Both the position numbers and the translations under genes were made by a program. A model generated the notes under the pieces. That model saw only the letters and a list, made by a program, of their open reading frames with translations. It made no database searches and was not told where the DNA came from. Below, one piece after another: positions 37,656-51,855 of a DNA stretch of 64,000 bases. Source of the stretch: Hydrolagus affinis (Eukaryota); assembly GCA_012026655.1 (NCBI GenBank), contig JAAILG010000375.1:1-64000 (forward strand), in the 5' to 3' direction. Numbering within the stretch: the first letter of the stretch is position 1; each line of letters begins with the position of its first letter.

Positions 37656-39399
37656 TTTTTGAAAGAAACATTCTTTGTACCACCATTTCTCATGAAACAC
37701 AGATTTTAAACTTTAAAAAGAATATTGTATTGATATAAGAAAATAATTAATTCACAAATGCAATGGTCCCACCTCTTTCCAGGGCAGTTTGAGTTACCGG
37801 GTGATTAAAAGCCTATCAACCTTTATGCCAGCTGAATCCTTGATGCTTTGTGACACACTCTTGACCTATGTGCTGCCCTCTATGTAACACATTCCCAGCT
37901 CCTGGCAACATGATAGTAATCATGGTCTGTTCATTGATATCCTTTCCAAATCAATGTTATCTGAGCACAGTATCATCTGGGCCTCGAAGCCCAGCTCAGA
38001 AACAGCTTAGTTTCAGTGAATGGAGAATGAGTTACTCACAGGGCTGGAAGCCACAAAGGAATATCCAAATTTCAACAAATTTGGCTCCACAGGATATATT
38101 TCTCTAGTTTTGATGAAAGTGAATAATAAATGGAGAAATACAAGCTTGTGTTACCATAACCATGGACAGAAGTGAGAGCACAGGGCCCCTGGCAGTGTTT
38201 GTCGCTAAAATTGCTTCAAATGTTAGATTGCATGTATTGCTCCTTTGCACACCAGTTTGAATTCATCCATGTAAATAATGTGGTTTTAAGTGTGTGAATG
38301 CTGCTTCCATTGCAAAGCTGCGAAGTGGCAAATCCAGGAGATTGTCAGTTCATCGACAAAGTGTAGCAGGTTGCTGACTGAGATCATCTGCAAATTACAG
38401 CGCAGGCAAAAATCAGGAACATTCCCCACTTTGATGGACCTGAGAATTTCTGAGATTCAGATCAGCTTCACCATTGCCCTTGATAGTTCTTAATTAGAAT
38501 TTGATGCTACTATACTCAGCCTATTAAGCAATGCCTCATACAAACACTGCTGATTTAAATCAAGCAAGAAATAATTGTACCTTAGCAAATGGTTTAGGAA
38601 TGGAGAAGCCTGGACACCATCACCATGGAAGCGTACCACAGCAGTAAGGGTAATCTTACAGCATGAAAGCCCCAAATAGTATGTGACCAATTCTAGTGGC
38701 ACACAAGAGTCTCCAGTATTATTGACAATCATGTTCTTTGAATACTAATTTTCACATGGAGTTTGCACCACTGCACAGTATGGGAGCTGTACATCATATA
38801 TACTTTATCAGTGTCTCATGTTTCAACTCTATAAAATATATATTTAAATGCACAAAATGCTGCCAGTCTATCACAGAGAGGAACCACTGAGGCATCTGAG
38901 CTCCCAGTTCCAACTGTAGAGCAACAGATAAATCGGTGAGTAATTGATTTTTCTAAGATCAGTGTTAACTTTTTTTCATGTTTGCAGCATAAGTCCCAGT
39001 GAAGTTGTGACCCAAGATCAAAACTGTTCATGGCATTAGTAATACAAGCATCAGCACTGAATTAGAGATGACTGAAGTCGCTTCGATGGTCTGAATCTGA
39101 ATTGTGCAAAAAAGTCATAGAAATCGAGGGAATATTTGCTTCTTGCCTGTATGTTGATATATAATTATGTATTTACAAAAGTGTCTTGTAACACTTTCTT
39201 ACCATTGATGGAACAGGTGGGGCAGAGTTTGCCATGGCGTTGGCTTTGGTTGATCTAGGGAAGGAGCAGGCTTAACAGACCGTATGCTGGTCAAGTAGCC
39301 CACTTTCTTGTTTCTTTTCCCTGGGCACTTATAAGCACCAAAAATGTGTAAAATTCTTCCATCAAATATGCTGCAGACCCAGTGTTGTTTTGATGTTGC

Positions 39400-40495
39400 A
39401 GATGTCATTTGTGAAATACACCAGGGCCGGCCTGAACAATGCCACATTGATAGCCTGGTGTCTCGATCCGAGACGTTCTGTCTGATTGGCTGCAATGACT
39501 GGGAATCATTTCACAACACTCTGAATGTACTTTTCATGGCTAGTTAGCTTTTTCAGAGAGATTAAATGATTGAGTCTGTGACAGGGTGTACCATACATAG
39601 CCTGCTGGAAGGATGGTGCGATCAACAAGTCGAATTACTGTACCTTTCTTATTTAGTGCTGCTTTACTTTCTGTATTGGGTAGTTGTCTTTGAGTTTGTC
39701 TTTATGCCTTTTTTTTACAAAAGGAAGCAACAACCTAATGCTTTATGAAGAAATCCCTCTTTAATGGTATCATGGCATTGCGCTCAGTTTCATCAATAAG
39801 GAATTTTGCTCACAGCCTTTTTATCCTATTTATAATGTCTTGGAGAAAAACTTCACAATGTCCTTAAGAGATCAATCGGAGAGGGTTAAACTCGAGCTTC
39901 ACATTAAGGAGGTTGTTATAAATTCACAGTCTCATCATAGTCCCATGTACACCTGGGTAGGTGGGCCTATTTTAGAAGTGTATTCATAAATTAAGGGTTA
40001 TATGGATACTGGGATCAGTTACTAGCTATAAAGTGATGACCGATGCATCTCAGCACATTTCCCCAAATAGATGACAGTAGCATTCCACATTTTACACATA
40101 CAGAAATAAATAGCTATAAATAATGCATTGAGGTAGCAAACCGTGTATGTCGAGCATGTTTTTTAAGCTTCTCCAAAAGGGCCTTTTTACTGGTGTTGTT
40201 TTCTGATTTTTTATGACAAACAAAGATACAGAATTTTAGATGACCAGGAGTGATTACAAAGCAATAATCTGATCAAGGGATTCAGATAGTTTGTTTGGAG
40301 TATAATGGATACCCGGAGGTGACTGCAATGAGTAGTCTAACGGAAAGATGCAAATACTTGGCATGAAAGCAAGACAGTGATCTGGGTGACGTGTACAGAT
40401 GGTTTCACGTGGAATAATGGCCTGGCTCAAAGCGACTGCAAAATTGTAATATAATCAGTAATGTTTGGATGATTCGTAACATTTGACCCCCATTA
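39400..40495 (-). mobile_element. Highly decayed piggyBac-like transposase relic
   Basis: Colinear minus-strand motifs PNITDY, SVRLLI, TPVKRPF...MLDIHG...IIYS, GHHFIASN*, HGTM, and C-terminal RIETPGYQCGIVQAG..VFHK*H, resembling the piggyBac DDD core and cysteine-rich domain. No TTAA or TIR identified. Confidence 0.55.
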
Positions 40496-40604
40496 GAGCA
40501 CAATGTTTTTTTTAAAAATGTTTTAAAAAATTAAACACTGTGTCCTAATAGGTTCACAAAACAAGTGGCCGCTGGCCCTACTTCTGATTGGTCAAGTCTC
40601 TGCT

Positions 40605-40654
40605 TGCAGTGCAGATAGATAGCAGATTGCAGATAGATTGCAGATTGATTGCAG
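40605..40654. repeat. Short degenerate (gcagat/agat) tandem repeat
   Basis: Directly visible. Confidence 0.8.
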
Positions 40655-40665
40655 TCCCGACCTGA

Positions 40666-40737
40666 CTGTTCAGCGCTTTAGGACGTCCTCCCGACATGAA
40701 AGGCGCTATATAAGTGCAATTTTGTTGTTGTTGTTGA
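40666..40737 (+). mobile_element. L2 tail-only insert
   Basis: agcgctttaggacgtcctcccgacatgaaaggcgctata...(TTG)n. Confidence 0.9.
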
Positions 40738-41186
40738 CTGGCTGGCTTCCTCCACGTGCTCACTGTACATGATAAGCCAGCTGTGAGTGTGACCACTAAG
40801 ATTTCTAGTGTCAGAAATGCATGTGACGGTGAGCTAGCTGACTGGCTAGGTAGGAAACTTAAAACTTAAAATAAAGATAGAAACCGAACTGAAAGATTCG
40901 GTAGTTCATATCCAGAATGGAATATGCTTTGAGGCGAAACAAGAAACCAGTGCAATCAATGGATTGATGTGAATTCAAATACTGTGTGAGTAAAGCATGT
41001 GTAATTTTTGGTTGCCATTTGAACCCTAAGATCAGGTTACACGTTGAAATCATTCCAGGTATCCAATGATTCAAGGAGCTACTTATTGTTCTGGAATCCG
41101 TACTGTTCATTTTCATTGGCAGCTGCCTTGTGTTGATACTAATTGTTGACACTGCCCAGATTGCTGGTGCAGAATTGTCATCACAC

Positions 41187-41241
41187 AGCAACAACAACTT
41201 GCATTTATGTAGTATCCTTCACGCCGGACAGCATCTCAAGC
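41187..41241 (-). mobile_element. L2 tail-only insert
   Basis: caacaacaacttgcatttatgtag...ttcacgccggacagcatctcaag. Confidence 0.75.
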
Positions 41242-42664
41242 AACAGAATTATTAAGAAGTAATCTATAGGTGATTTGCAAGGGAAACCAACGCGCCAGTA
41301 CAAATTGTTAAGCCTCAAATAGCTCTCCCCTCTCTTTCATGCAAAGTTGTCAAACATTTACTAACTCCTATTTTGCTTCTGATCAAGAAAGATATTGAAG
41401 GAGGGAGGGCAAGTGTGTGTAAAAAAAAGCAGAAGCAACATTTGTAATTCAAATGAAATAGAAAATAGTCGTCGTGCATAACTGCTGAAAGCTCCTCTTT
41501 AAGGCTTTTAAATGGTCTAATGAGTTTTATGTTTCCACTCTGCTTACTCTGAGGATTCAACAAGATACGTTTCACTATCCTGCAAACTTGTCTAGTTTTT
41601 TTTCCACGCTTCAAAGGAAAACACATTTTGAAGAGTAATATAGGTTTACTTTCATGGGAACGGTGACTATTGGGACTGCTGCGGTGCTGAGGGAAATAGT
41701 TGTTTCAGGAATCTGGATTTTTTTTTAAAAAAAGACACATCTGTTTCCCTGACGCAAGCTACATGTTAAAATATATTAAGGATGATGATCAGCATTGCTG
41801 TTTCGCTGGCATGTTCTATGGTATTATGACTAAACTGAAGTTGTTTTTTGAAACCAGTAATTGAATGTTGTGGTGAAATACCGCTAATGAAAGGCTGCTA
41901 CGTTCAATTATAGAATCAGTTGAAAGAAACGGCACAGAGGTAGTAGCCTTTGTTAGTGATTGTGGCTGCTACCAGATTCTGTAGGTACGTGTTGTGGTGC
42001 TGTTTGAGCAGATCTGCTGAATGAGGATGCCTGCCTTTGTGACTATAGGTAATGCCGCTGGGCATGTTTAAAGATAATGAGTTGTAACAGCATGTATTGG
42101 AATCAAGTCAGCTGGCTCTTGTTTCTTTTGTGTTTATAGTATTTGTACAGGGTAAATAGCAATGAAGAAATAAGAATGGTAATTACTTCATTTGTTATGT
42201 GTGTATATTATGTTTAATATATATTACAAATTCTGATTTTTTTTAATGTCACTTATCCCAGGTGGACCAGAGAGTGAAATTGAGGCTGCCAACAGGTTCT
42301 CTATGTGTGTGTTGTGGTACAGTTGTGGGATCAGTCCCATTGTTGGGGGATTCCTTGATTACAATCTCATCATATTTCTGTTCTACATAACTTCAGATTA
42401 ATAAGTACAATTTTATTTTGCCAGTCGTTTACAATTTTCATCTCTCTGCAGTTCTCGATTCTTGGTGGGGTATAATTTCACCAATCCCAGTCATACCTCA
42501 ACGAAAGTGACTGGTCTCCATATGGGAACCCAGCCATAGAGCTGCAAAAAACTATTTAATCCTGGAGGGCACCACAATCAAGCCTTGCCTGCCTTCGCTC
42601 AACATCCATTCACACACACTTTTCAGCAGGGTCACTGAATAGCAATCTGGAGAGTGAATTAGAT

Positions 42665-42722
42665 CAACAACAACTTGCATTTGTATAGCGCCCTTTACAC
42701 GGGATAGGATCCCAGAGTGCTT
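42665..42722 (-). mobile_element. L2 tail-only insert
   Basis: caacaacaacttgcatttgtatagcgccctttacacgggataggatcccagagtgctt. Confidence 0.8.
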
Positions 42723-43194
42723 CACAGTGACATTCTCATCCATATTGTTTAGCACACAAGCTATTGGGGAACATCCAAAATACAGTTTGACAGAATTAGA
42801 AATGGCAGCTTGGAGCTTTCTGTTAAGTGTTTGTCATTAGGATCACTTTTTGCAGGCCTACAGGCTTATTCTTTGCATTACAAATAATTGTGTTAAAGTC
42901 AAGCTCACTTTAATATCCTATTGCAAATGCCAAGCAGTGCTTACGTGTTCTTCTACAGTAAAAAATTATTTTAGACTATAAATGTGGTAACATTTTCATT
43001 GGTTACTTCTGTGGTGGAAGAGAACAGATACAACTATTCCAATGTAACTTCAGCAGTGGTTTTATCCATGGATCGAAAAAGAGCTTTTGAACATTTTCAA
43101 TTGAGATGTCTTGGTGAAACCAAAAGGAAATGGAGGCTTGCCCCAGTACAGGCATGTTAGGTCAAATAGATTCCTTTTCATTTGTAAATTCGAT

Positions 43195-43328
43195 CTCCAG
43201 CCCTCTTTGACCACAACCTTGTTCCCACTCCCAACACCCCCCCCCCAACCCCACTACAGGTGCCAAGCCAGGTCTGTTAAGCACCTTCAAACATTCTCCC
43301 AATATGAAAGGCTGTATAAATTTGTTTC
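43195..43328 (+). mobile_element. L2 3' UTR and tail
   Basis: C-rich UTR followed by gttaagcaccttcaaacattctcccaatatgaaaggctgtataaa. Confidence 0.7.
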
Positions 43329-44689
43329 GTATTAGAATGAGTAGTAGGCAAGAAGCAGATTGGAGAAGTAGGAGGCACCAAGGCATGAAGTGATTTGTAT
43401 ATGTGTATTAATGATATATGGATATACTTATATAATAAATATAAAACTGCATAAATTGAATTGATTGGAAATGCTCGCCATCTTTTGATTTAATCACTGA
43501 ATTAAGATCACTAGTTTAGTGTTTTTTAAAGAACTGAATCATTGTGGAGAAGCGATCAATTCCAGAAATTCCTGCAGTTGATTTTGTTTTTTCTGAAGAC
43601 TTGCAGGAACTAGCACAACCACCACAATAAATGAAGTACCCCAGCACAAAAGGTCACAGTTTAAGGAGACATACCTGGAATTCATATCTTTTCCACAATT
43701 ATGTTAACCTTGACGATAAAATTAAGTATACTGAACTGGAGGAAGAAATAAACAGCTGGATGTGGACATATGCCGAAGTAAATGAACAGTAAATGTGACT
43801 TGGCTTAAACTAATGCAATTTAAAATAGTCCAAAGGGCAAATGTAACTTCAGCATGTCTGCAGACAATTAAGCCTATGAAGGATGACCAGTGATGGAGAT
43901 GCTGCTAACAGGGAGAGAATCATAAACATGTGCTGTGAGGTTGCCTGGTCATTATCCCCTTTTACCAAATCATTATCCACTCCCCACTCCCTCCCCATAT
44001 TAAAGTAACTAGATTGAGAGGACAAGAATTGGAGTCGAGTTTCATCCATGTGGAATTTAGATTTCTATTCTTAATTCAAACCAGAGGTACAAAACCCATA
44101 CTGCAAAAAATAAAGCTGTTCTCGGCCTTCAGCAATGGTCCTGGATGTGAAAACTGTCATGCAGAAGCTCAGAATGGTGTAAAGAGGCACGTGTAAAACA
44201 CAATAGTCTCATGAGAAACAACCCAAAGATTGTTTTTTTTAAAAAAAAAGCACTTCCCTTGTCTCTTCACCTCAACTGCCTTGTGCTGCTTTATCCCTTC
44301 CTTGTACTTACCATGTGCCTAGCTGAAAACCAGCCAACTAATTTCTTGAAATAATTTTTTTTTAGCGCTAAATCTAAACAAAGTAAAGCATCTGTACCGA
44401 CCAATTTATCCCCCTGCTGTTCGATAATGCAATGGCATTTACTTGGTGGAATCCACCTGTCTACACTGGTTCCAAAAGTGTCGCAAACTGGGTGATGTCG
44501 CATTCCCTGCCATGTGTTGGCGTTTTGAGTCAACTCCGTGGAGGTGCAGGAGAGTGACCAGTATACCCCGCTCACCTGTCAATGACTGCAAAGACAGTTG
44601 GCTTCACAAAGCGTCTCATTTCCACTCTTCAATATGAAAACTTCAATAATAAAACTCATATCTTCCTATTTTATGCCAACAATTCACTG

Positions 44690-44833
44690 TGTAACAATTG
44701 CCCTTGCAACATTATTGAAAGTTAACTTGAAAGTACGCAGTGAACGCACTTTTACAGTAAAACCTGTGAAGCTTTCTGAGGCTTTCTCCCAATATGGAAA
44801 GTACGGTATCAAGTACAGTAAAAGGATTATTAT
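44690..44833 (+). mobile_element. Old DeuSINE-like 3' fragment
   Basis: gcacttttacagtaaaacctgtgaagctttctgag...aaggattattatt. Confidence 0.55.
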
Positions 44834-45818
44834 TCATCAGTATTATTTTTAAACCACAATAGCGTATTGTCCCCAGATGTTTTTTTTGCACAATATCCTG
44901 CTTAGCCAGTCCTGAAGGGAAGTTTTGTAAAGTTATTATTCTTAAACTATTCTTAAAGCTCAAGCTTGCAGTGACTCTTTGATGCATTTATAATAAAGAT
45001 AATCAACCAATTTCATATCATATAAATCAGAACTGCCCAGTAAGTCCTGTTATCCTGTATTTTCTATAGAAACATTTTATCCATGGTTGACAAAGGGAGT
45101 GGGTTTGGTTCACGCTTTCTTGTGTTCTTGATACTAATTGCAGACTTTTGCAGCTTAATTATATTTCACTTGCATTGGATGGAACTTATTCAACTGAGAA
45201 TTGAAAGTTATTATAGACTTCAAAGCTTCCACAATCACCTTATGGGACTTGTAATTAGTTATAATTACTTTTTTTAAAAAGCACCAGGAAAGCCTTTATA
45301 CCAGTTTACTCTGCTGCGGGTCCTGGTGCAATTTAGCAACATTATAGTTTTTTTCTGGAGAAAGCTGCCTGTCCACTTCCATTTACCCACTGAACCATCA
45401 AGGAAATCCTAATGGAACTCTTTTAGAGTGAAAACACCGATATTTCCATGCCATAGCTCTTTGCGTCCAGGCTGGAGGGTTTTTTTTGTGCAATTTTGAT
45501 GTCAACAAATATCATAGCAGCAACATTTCACAGTCATTAAGATACCACAATGACTGGATTCTTTGAGAAGCCCGCAGTGTATCTGAATCACCAAAACTTC
45601 TTTATCCATTTCCTGTAAAAACATTGAGGATGAAAATCTCAGTTGTACAGTATTCTGCATTTGGGTCTGTTTTCAGACTTCCCCTTATTGAGGTTGGTCT
45701 AAAGAACCATTTGTACACTGTCCTTTGAATATAGGAGGAGAGGGATAAATGGGGATTCCCCCAAGCAGGAAATAGCTCTTGTAAAGCCCATGGAGGCCTT
45801 CAGCACTGGCATGTATAC

Positions 45819-45840
45819 TATATATATATATATATATATA
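45819..45840. repeat. (TA)11 microsatellite
   Basis: Directly visible. Confidence 0.95.
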
Positions 45841-46385
45841 AATAAAACCAACACTTCCATTGGGGTACTTATTCAAGTGGTTCAAATAAAATCCAGGATA
45901 TGGACAATCCCTGACATTATACAACCATATGGTTTTGACAAATGGTGTTACTGTTGCCTGAAAATTCTCTGCTGGCAAAACCAAAAACAATATGAAGTAT
46001 TTATATTAAACTCGATTTTCTTTGAGCGTTGAAATGAATATTGATCAGTACTTCCAGTTGTCTAAGATGCAATCTTCCGTTATTTACCTGAAACACAGTG
46101 CAAATAGAGTATTGACTTACATCACTTATGAAATAATGCCCCAGCCTATAACTTGCTCTTTTTTAACATAACTTTGATCTATACATTGTATGTTCTAAAA
46201 AATAGGAATCTACTAGGAATGTGTTTAACTCAGACTTGGAGTGTTCATTTTAAGCAATTCATAATGTACAGTATAAAGGATATTTTCAATGAGTTACACC
46301 CTGAGATCTAACAGCTGGAGCAGTTCCTGTTCTTGCACACTCCCAATCTTTCTGTATCCCAGCAGCCCCATTCATTCATTTGAAC

Positions 46386-46687
46386 CCCTCTAGCTCAGTG
46401 GTTAGAGCACTCGCCTTACAAGCGTGAGACCAGTGTTTGAATCCAGGCAGATCAGGGTGAAACCTTGGGCAAGTTTCCTTGCTCCGCATGCCTGATAATA
46501 ATCACTCCCCCACAATAAAAATAACAAATTGATCACTTCAATCCATGACTGTTTGTGGGATACTGCTGTGTGCAATTGGCTGCCGAGTTTTGCCCACAAA
46601 TCTACACTTTACTGTATATTCTGTGAAGCGCTTTCAGACACCTCAAAGATGTGAAAAGCGTTATATCAAATACAAGGATTATTATTA
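46386..46687 (+). mobile_element. Young tRNA-derived SINE, near full length
   Basis: tagctcagtggttagagcactcgccttacaagcgtgagacc, family body and tail. Confidence 0.95.
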
Positions 46688-48804
46688 GCAATGTAAAAGT
46701 CGATCTGTCATTGCCTGAAAATTGAGTCTTGCCTTGACTGACTGGAAAATGTTTCACCCATGTGCAATGACTCAACTTCAACATGTGTTTACGGGGTATA
46801 TTGTGCATTGTGAAATGGGATGAGATGAGAGACCACCACTGAGATTTAAGAGTAGCCCTGATATTTGAATTTCACATATAGAAACAGATAAGTGGTCATT
46901 GTCTAATTTCCACTGGTAATGGGACTAATCATACCGACCATAGTTCTATATATGATAATGAGGGGGCAAATTATTTTCTGTTTCTTTTTTTCTTCAAATG
47001 AAAAATTATTATTTCTATTTTCTCCATTAACGTTTTATTCCGCTATCTCAAATATCTAGCAGGCTAGCATCCAAACCAGAGGATTTATAGAAGTTTATCC
47101 AATATCCTGTGAAAATTGTTGCAGTGGGCAATCATAGCAGTGAGCCTCAATGCTGCTATTATTAATCAGACTAAACAAGTTTGTTGTACTCAGTTCAGAG
47201 TGTAAGGTTTGTTCTCTATCACATTGGATTATATCAATGCAGGATACAGTGGGAACAATGTCTGATAACTGAAAAGTTATTGTGATTCTTAAAAAAAAAC
47301 TATCTCCAATTCTTCCCCATCACAATCAACTGTATTGGGCCATTGGTCAACAGTAACTTAAAGGTATTCAACCACTTGACTCAGACTGTTGAATTAACTC
47401 TGCTATTTACAGCGTGAGTAAGTGGAGTATTGGGAAGTGTTAAATCATCAAATTGTTCAGGTTGCGAATGTGAGCTCTGAGATACTTTATACCTGATTAA
47501 CAATGATTAATGAAATGTCACGGTGCTCTGATCATTACCTGGTAACAAACTCTCTTGGTTGTAACTGTGTTGTATTACTGCCCACTCTAATTCAACCATC
47601 TTCAAAATACATCTTTGAAAATGCCCCAGCACGCAGGAGACATAATAATGTGTAAATGGCTTTCTTCTTTCCAATCTGGTTATGAGACTAAATTCATGAA
47701 GGAATCACAGGCTTCAAAAATGATTTGTGTCCGTTGGTTAAATGCGAAGCTTGAAAAAGTGCAGCACAAATCATCGTCTGAATCTTGATTTAAACAGCAG
47801 TTTTCTAAACTTGACGTTCAGTACACAGGCATAAATCACAAGAGCAGCATCACTGCTTAAATATAGTCAAGACACAATGGTATAATATAACTGGAAAATT
47901 AATTTAATTCATCTTCCTCCTTTAGTCATGCTGCTCAGCTTTACTATATCTAGATTTAGCCGTTTCAACTAACAGGGAAAATAGTGTCTGCAGGCATAAC
48001 AGCTAAAATTAGTTTTCACTAGTCACCCTAGACTTAAGACGCCACAATAATTGAGTTTTCAATAACAAGATAAATATCCCATTGTAATTGAAGTGTACAG
48101 TGTTTCTGACTTAAATAATACTGGAGCACTCAGTCATTACGAATACACAAGGTGAAGGTTATGCAGAGGTTTGAGGGTAAGAACACTGTGATCTTTGCAT
48201 TTTTCAACAAATTTTGTGAAGTATTACAGCTTCAGAGATCCTTTGTGCTCAGATTGACTCATTAAGATAAATGAAAGGACAAATGAAAGGAATCAAAATG
48301 AAAGGATGGCATGTATAAAAAAGGTGTATGTAAAACCTGAAAGAGAAAACTACTGTAAAATCATTCATACTTCCAGCACCTCATTGACAACAGCCCATTT
48401 TTCCTTGTTCTACTTTTCTGTCTCTTATCTGTCTGAATATGTCTCTCCAAGCTTCACTATAGCACTGCAGTGCTTGTCTCCGTTATAACACTGATGAGAG
48501 GAAATGCAGCCAAGAGCTTTTGAAACAAGATAGCCTTCTTTTTTAAACGGTGAAATGCATAATACTGTATATGTATAATTAATGAATGTAGAAACCCTGT
48601 GATTTGAAGCAATGAATTCTGGTAATATTTAAACTAAATTTTACTGACTGTATAGTTCTCTGAATATCTGTATCCAATTAATTATAGATAGGGCTGCTGC
48701 CTTTAGACCTATATTAGTATTTAGAGGTAAAGATAAATATTACAACCTCAATATATTTGGCACAAGATTATGCATACAGCAGATGTCAGTTCCAATTGCA
48801 TTAG

Positions 48805-49015
48805 AATGCAATACAAATTATATAGCATATTTCACGTCGAGAGGACGTCCCAAGGTGCTGGACAGTTGGGGATTTGGACAGGCTGTGGGGGGGGGGGCAG
48901 GATTCGGGAGGGTGGAGGGCAGGGAGAGTGGCCAGAGGCTCATTCAAAGATGAGGGTTTTGAGAGGTGTCTTGAAAGAAGGAAGGGAGAGAGCGAGGCAA
49001 AGGGAATATGGGATG
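48805..49015 (-). mobile_element. L2 3' fragment
   Basis: Tail tatagcatatttcacgtcgagaggacgtcccaaggtgctg, G-rich UTR complement, and end of ORF2 (gagggttttgagaggtgtcttgaa). Confidence 0.85.
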
Positions 49016-49664
49016 GAGTAAAGGAAAAAAGGGCTCCACATTTATTCAAAAGTACTGTATCTTCATTGTATTCCTTTGTTAGTTTTTGCACTCATGGATT
49101 AATCTGTTTAGGTTGTTTTGAGCATTCTCTGTTGGAGCCACTGAGTTGATATCTTTTGTTTTGACTTTAATACATTAAAACATTTGTTGCATTTATTTCC
49201 ATTTGAGATGATCATTATTAATAACACAGTGACACAATTTAAAACAAAGGATTTCAATATGATTCTTTATGTTCCTGAAAGGGAAAAAATGAAAAATATT
49301 CCTGATGCTGTCCGCTGAAGTCTCTCACATGATAAATCCGTCCCTCAATGCCAAACAGGTTGGACCACCCTTCCTTAAATCATCAATTTATTTTGTGGAA
49401 CAAATTACTGTTTATCTTAGTTTGCCTGTGTTTGTGAAAGTGAACATTCCCTCCAGGGAGCTGTTTGCACTGGAGAGTTCAATGGTAATGAACAACTGTC
49501 TTTGGGACATCTGAGATTGAGAATTATAGCGAAATAATTTACATGGTTTGATTTAGGAATTACAAGGATTTTGTTTTCGAAAAAATCAGAAGGAATGAAT
49601 TGCAAAAACTTTGTGTAATGTAAAACAGGTGACCTCTTTGAATCTATATTATCCATGACTAAAG

Positions 49665-50030
49665 CTAGTCAGAAGCTTGTGTGTTCAAGCTTCAAGTAGG
49701 AGCTTTGAACTCGTATATTCTATCCTGAATATAGTATTCATTTTGAATGCTTTTCTGCTGCATTGTCGGCACATCGAACAATGCAGCACATCCCCAATGT
49801 CGGCATTAGGGCTGTATTGTTAGATGTGCCATCCTTTGGATGCGACATTAAACTGTAGTCCCATGTGCCTTTTTTAGGGAGATTTAAAGATGTATGGCAC
49901 TGTATGAAATGAGAAGGGAATTTCTCCCAGTGTCCTGACCAACAATCTCTCAAATAAAATTGTTCATTCATTCCATGGCTGTTTGTGGGACATTGCGCTA
50001 TGCAAAACATACAGTCACTACACTGTAACA
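49665..50030 (+). mobile_element. Older DeuSINE-like element
   Basis: agtcagaagcttgtgtgttcaag head; atggcactgtatgaa...gggaatttctcccagtgtcctgacc; tttgtgggacattgcgct. Confidence 0.75.
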
Positions 50031-50099
50031 TGATTCACATATTACACGGGGGGACGCACAACATGCCTAAGTTAGCCGAGTGGAAGGGGCGAGTAGTGG

Positions 50100-50412
50100 A
50101 AATAATCCTTATATTTAATATAGCAGTTTTCACGTCTTCTAGACGTCTCAAAGCGCTTCACAGAATATACTGTAAAGTGAATTGACTGTATATTAGTGGG
50201 AGAAACGCGGCAGCCAATTATGCACAGCAGTGTCCCACAGACAGTCATGGATTGAAATGAGCAATTTTATTATTGTGGTTTTTTTGGGAGGAATAATTAT
50301 TAGGCGTGTGGAGTAATGAAACTTGCCCAAGTTTCGCCCTGACCTGCCTGGATTCGAACACAGGTCTCATGCTTGTAAGGTGAGTGCTCTAACCACTGAG
50401 TTGCAGGATTCC
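50100..50412 (-). mobile_element. Young tRNA-derived SINE, full length
   Basis: Complete reverse-complement match to the family, with an intact B box. Confidence 0.95.
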
Positions 50413-50439
50413 ACAAGATGCCCATATCTACCTTCTTTC

Positions 50440-50498
50440 AACGCCTTGGGACATCCTCCTAAAGTGAAAGGTGCACTATAATGTAATTTGGTTGTAGT
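50440..50498 (+). mobile_element. L2 tail-only insert
   Basis: aacgccttgggacatcctcctaaagtgaaaggtgc. Confidence 0.8.
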
Positions 50499-51659
50499 TC
50501 CATCACAACCTTCAACTTTCTTAAGTTATTCCAGTGTCCTGGTGTCAGCTATCCTTTGAGTAAACCCATTCTAGCTTTGAATGAAATACTTTCTGGGGTT
50601 AGTCTAAAATTTGCCCTTCACATCGCTGAACCTGTGCTCTTTTGCCCTATTACCTAGGCATATCTGAAAGAATAAACTCAACAGAAGAAGCCTTTTTAGT
50701 TGTATTTCTAATTCATGTAAACTATATCAGTCATTTTATGAAAAAAAAGAAATATTAATGGAACTAAATGTGTTATTGCTTGGCTTCTCAAACACTCGAA
50801 CCTTCAATCTTCTCTTATTAATTTTAACTCATGGCCGTATACTAATTGAGCGTACATTACTGGATGCAAATGTCAAGAGTATTATGCATTTGTAATGCTT
50901 GCAGAAGGGGAAGAAGCTCAGGATAATACTGTACAATGCAAATTGTAAAGAGAGTACAAGTGCCAAATAATCAGAATTATTGTCATGGTAACATTTATAC
51001 TCTTGTATTTCTGATAGGAAATTATATCAACCATTATTTACGGTTTGGAAGAAAAACAGTTAACAGTGCATCCTTCTGTCTCTAAGTGTCCTCATCTCCT
51101 CCTTCGTAGAGTCTCAGTAGTGCTTTGTTTGGAGTGTGTGTTTGTGCAGTGGGTGCGTGCAGACTCTCACTAATGTAAAAATGAATGATGTGGGGTTTTG
51201 CAAAGGGTTGCAACCTTTAGGCCCATAATTACCATCTGTAATGCATTTTATTTTGTCACACAAAGAGGTCATGGTCATTAGTAAATATTTCACAGCACTT
51301 ATTAAATGGATGCTTCGGGCTTTGATTCATATAGTACTCTTCAGAAAACTACCATGCTCTGTTTGCCATAATGGAGAACAATTCATGCTGTGGTTGTACT
51401 GCTGGGAGCACAGTGGCAATGTAAAGAGATAGTGTGGCAAGCATCTTTCTACATTGCTTTCAATTGGGCTGGAGGCAAAACAGATTCCTGAATTTGATGT
51501 TTTGTCGAGGCATACGCGCAGAACGGTAAAGGTGTGTGTTTAGTGTGTAACACAGAAGCTGGATCTAATTATTTGGTCGGACTAACTTTAGTTTATTTCT
51601 GAAAGCAGAGAAAAATATTCCTCTTCCTTCCACTTTGTTATCCATTATTGATGTCTCAA

Positions 51660-51855
51660 ATAATAATCCCTCAAAAAAAGAATAAATTGGTCATTTCAAT
51701 CCAGGCCTGTTTGTGGGACACTGTGGTGTGTAATTGGCTGCCATGTTTCACCCACAAAATATACAGTCAATTCACTTTGCAGTATATTCTGTGAAGCGCT
51801 AGAGACATCCAGAAGTCGTGAAAAGCGCTATATCAAATGCAAGGATTGTTATTAT
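51660..51855 (+). mobile_element. Young SINE, 5'-truncated
   Basis: Family body and tail. Confidence 0.92.

Noticed and set aside
42262-42540. Acceptor-like sites at about 42261 and 42451
   Set aside because: Weak or absent donors and no recognisable peptide.
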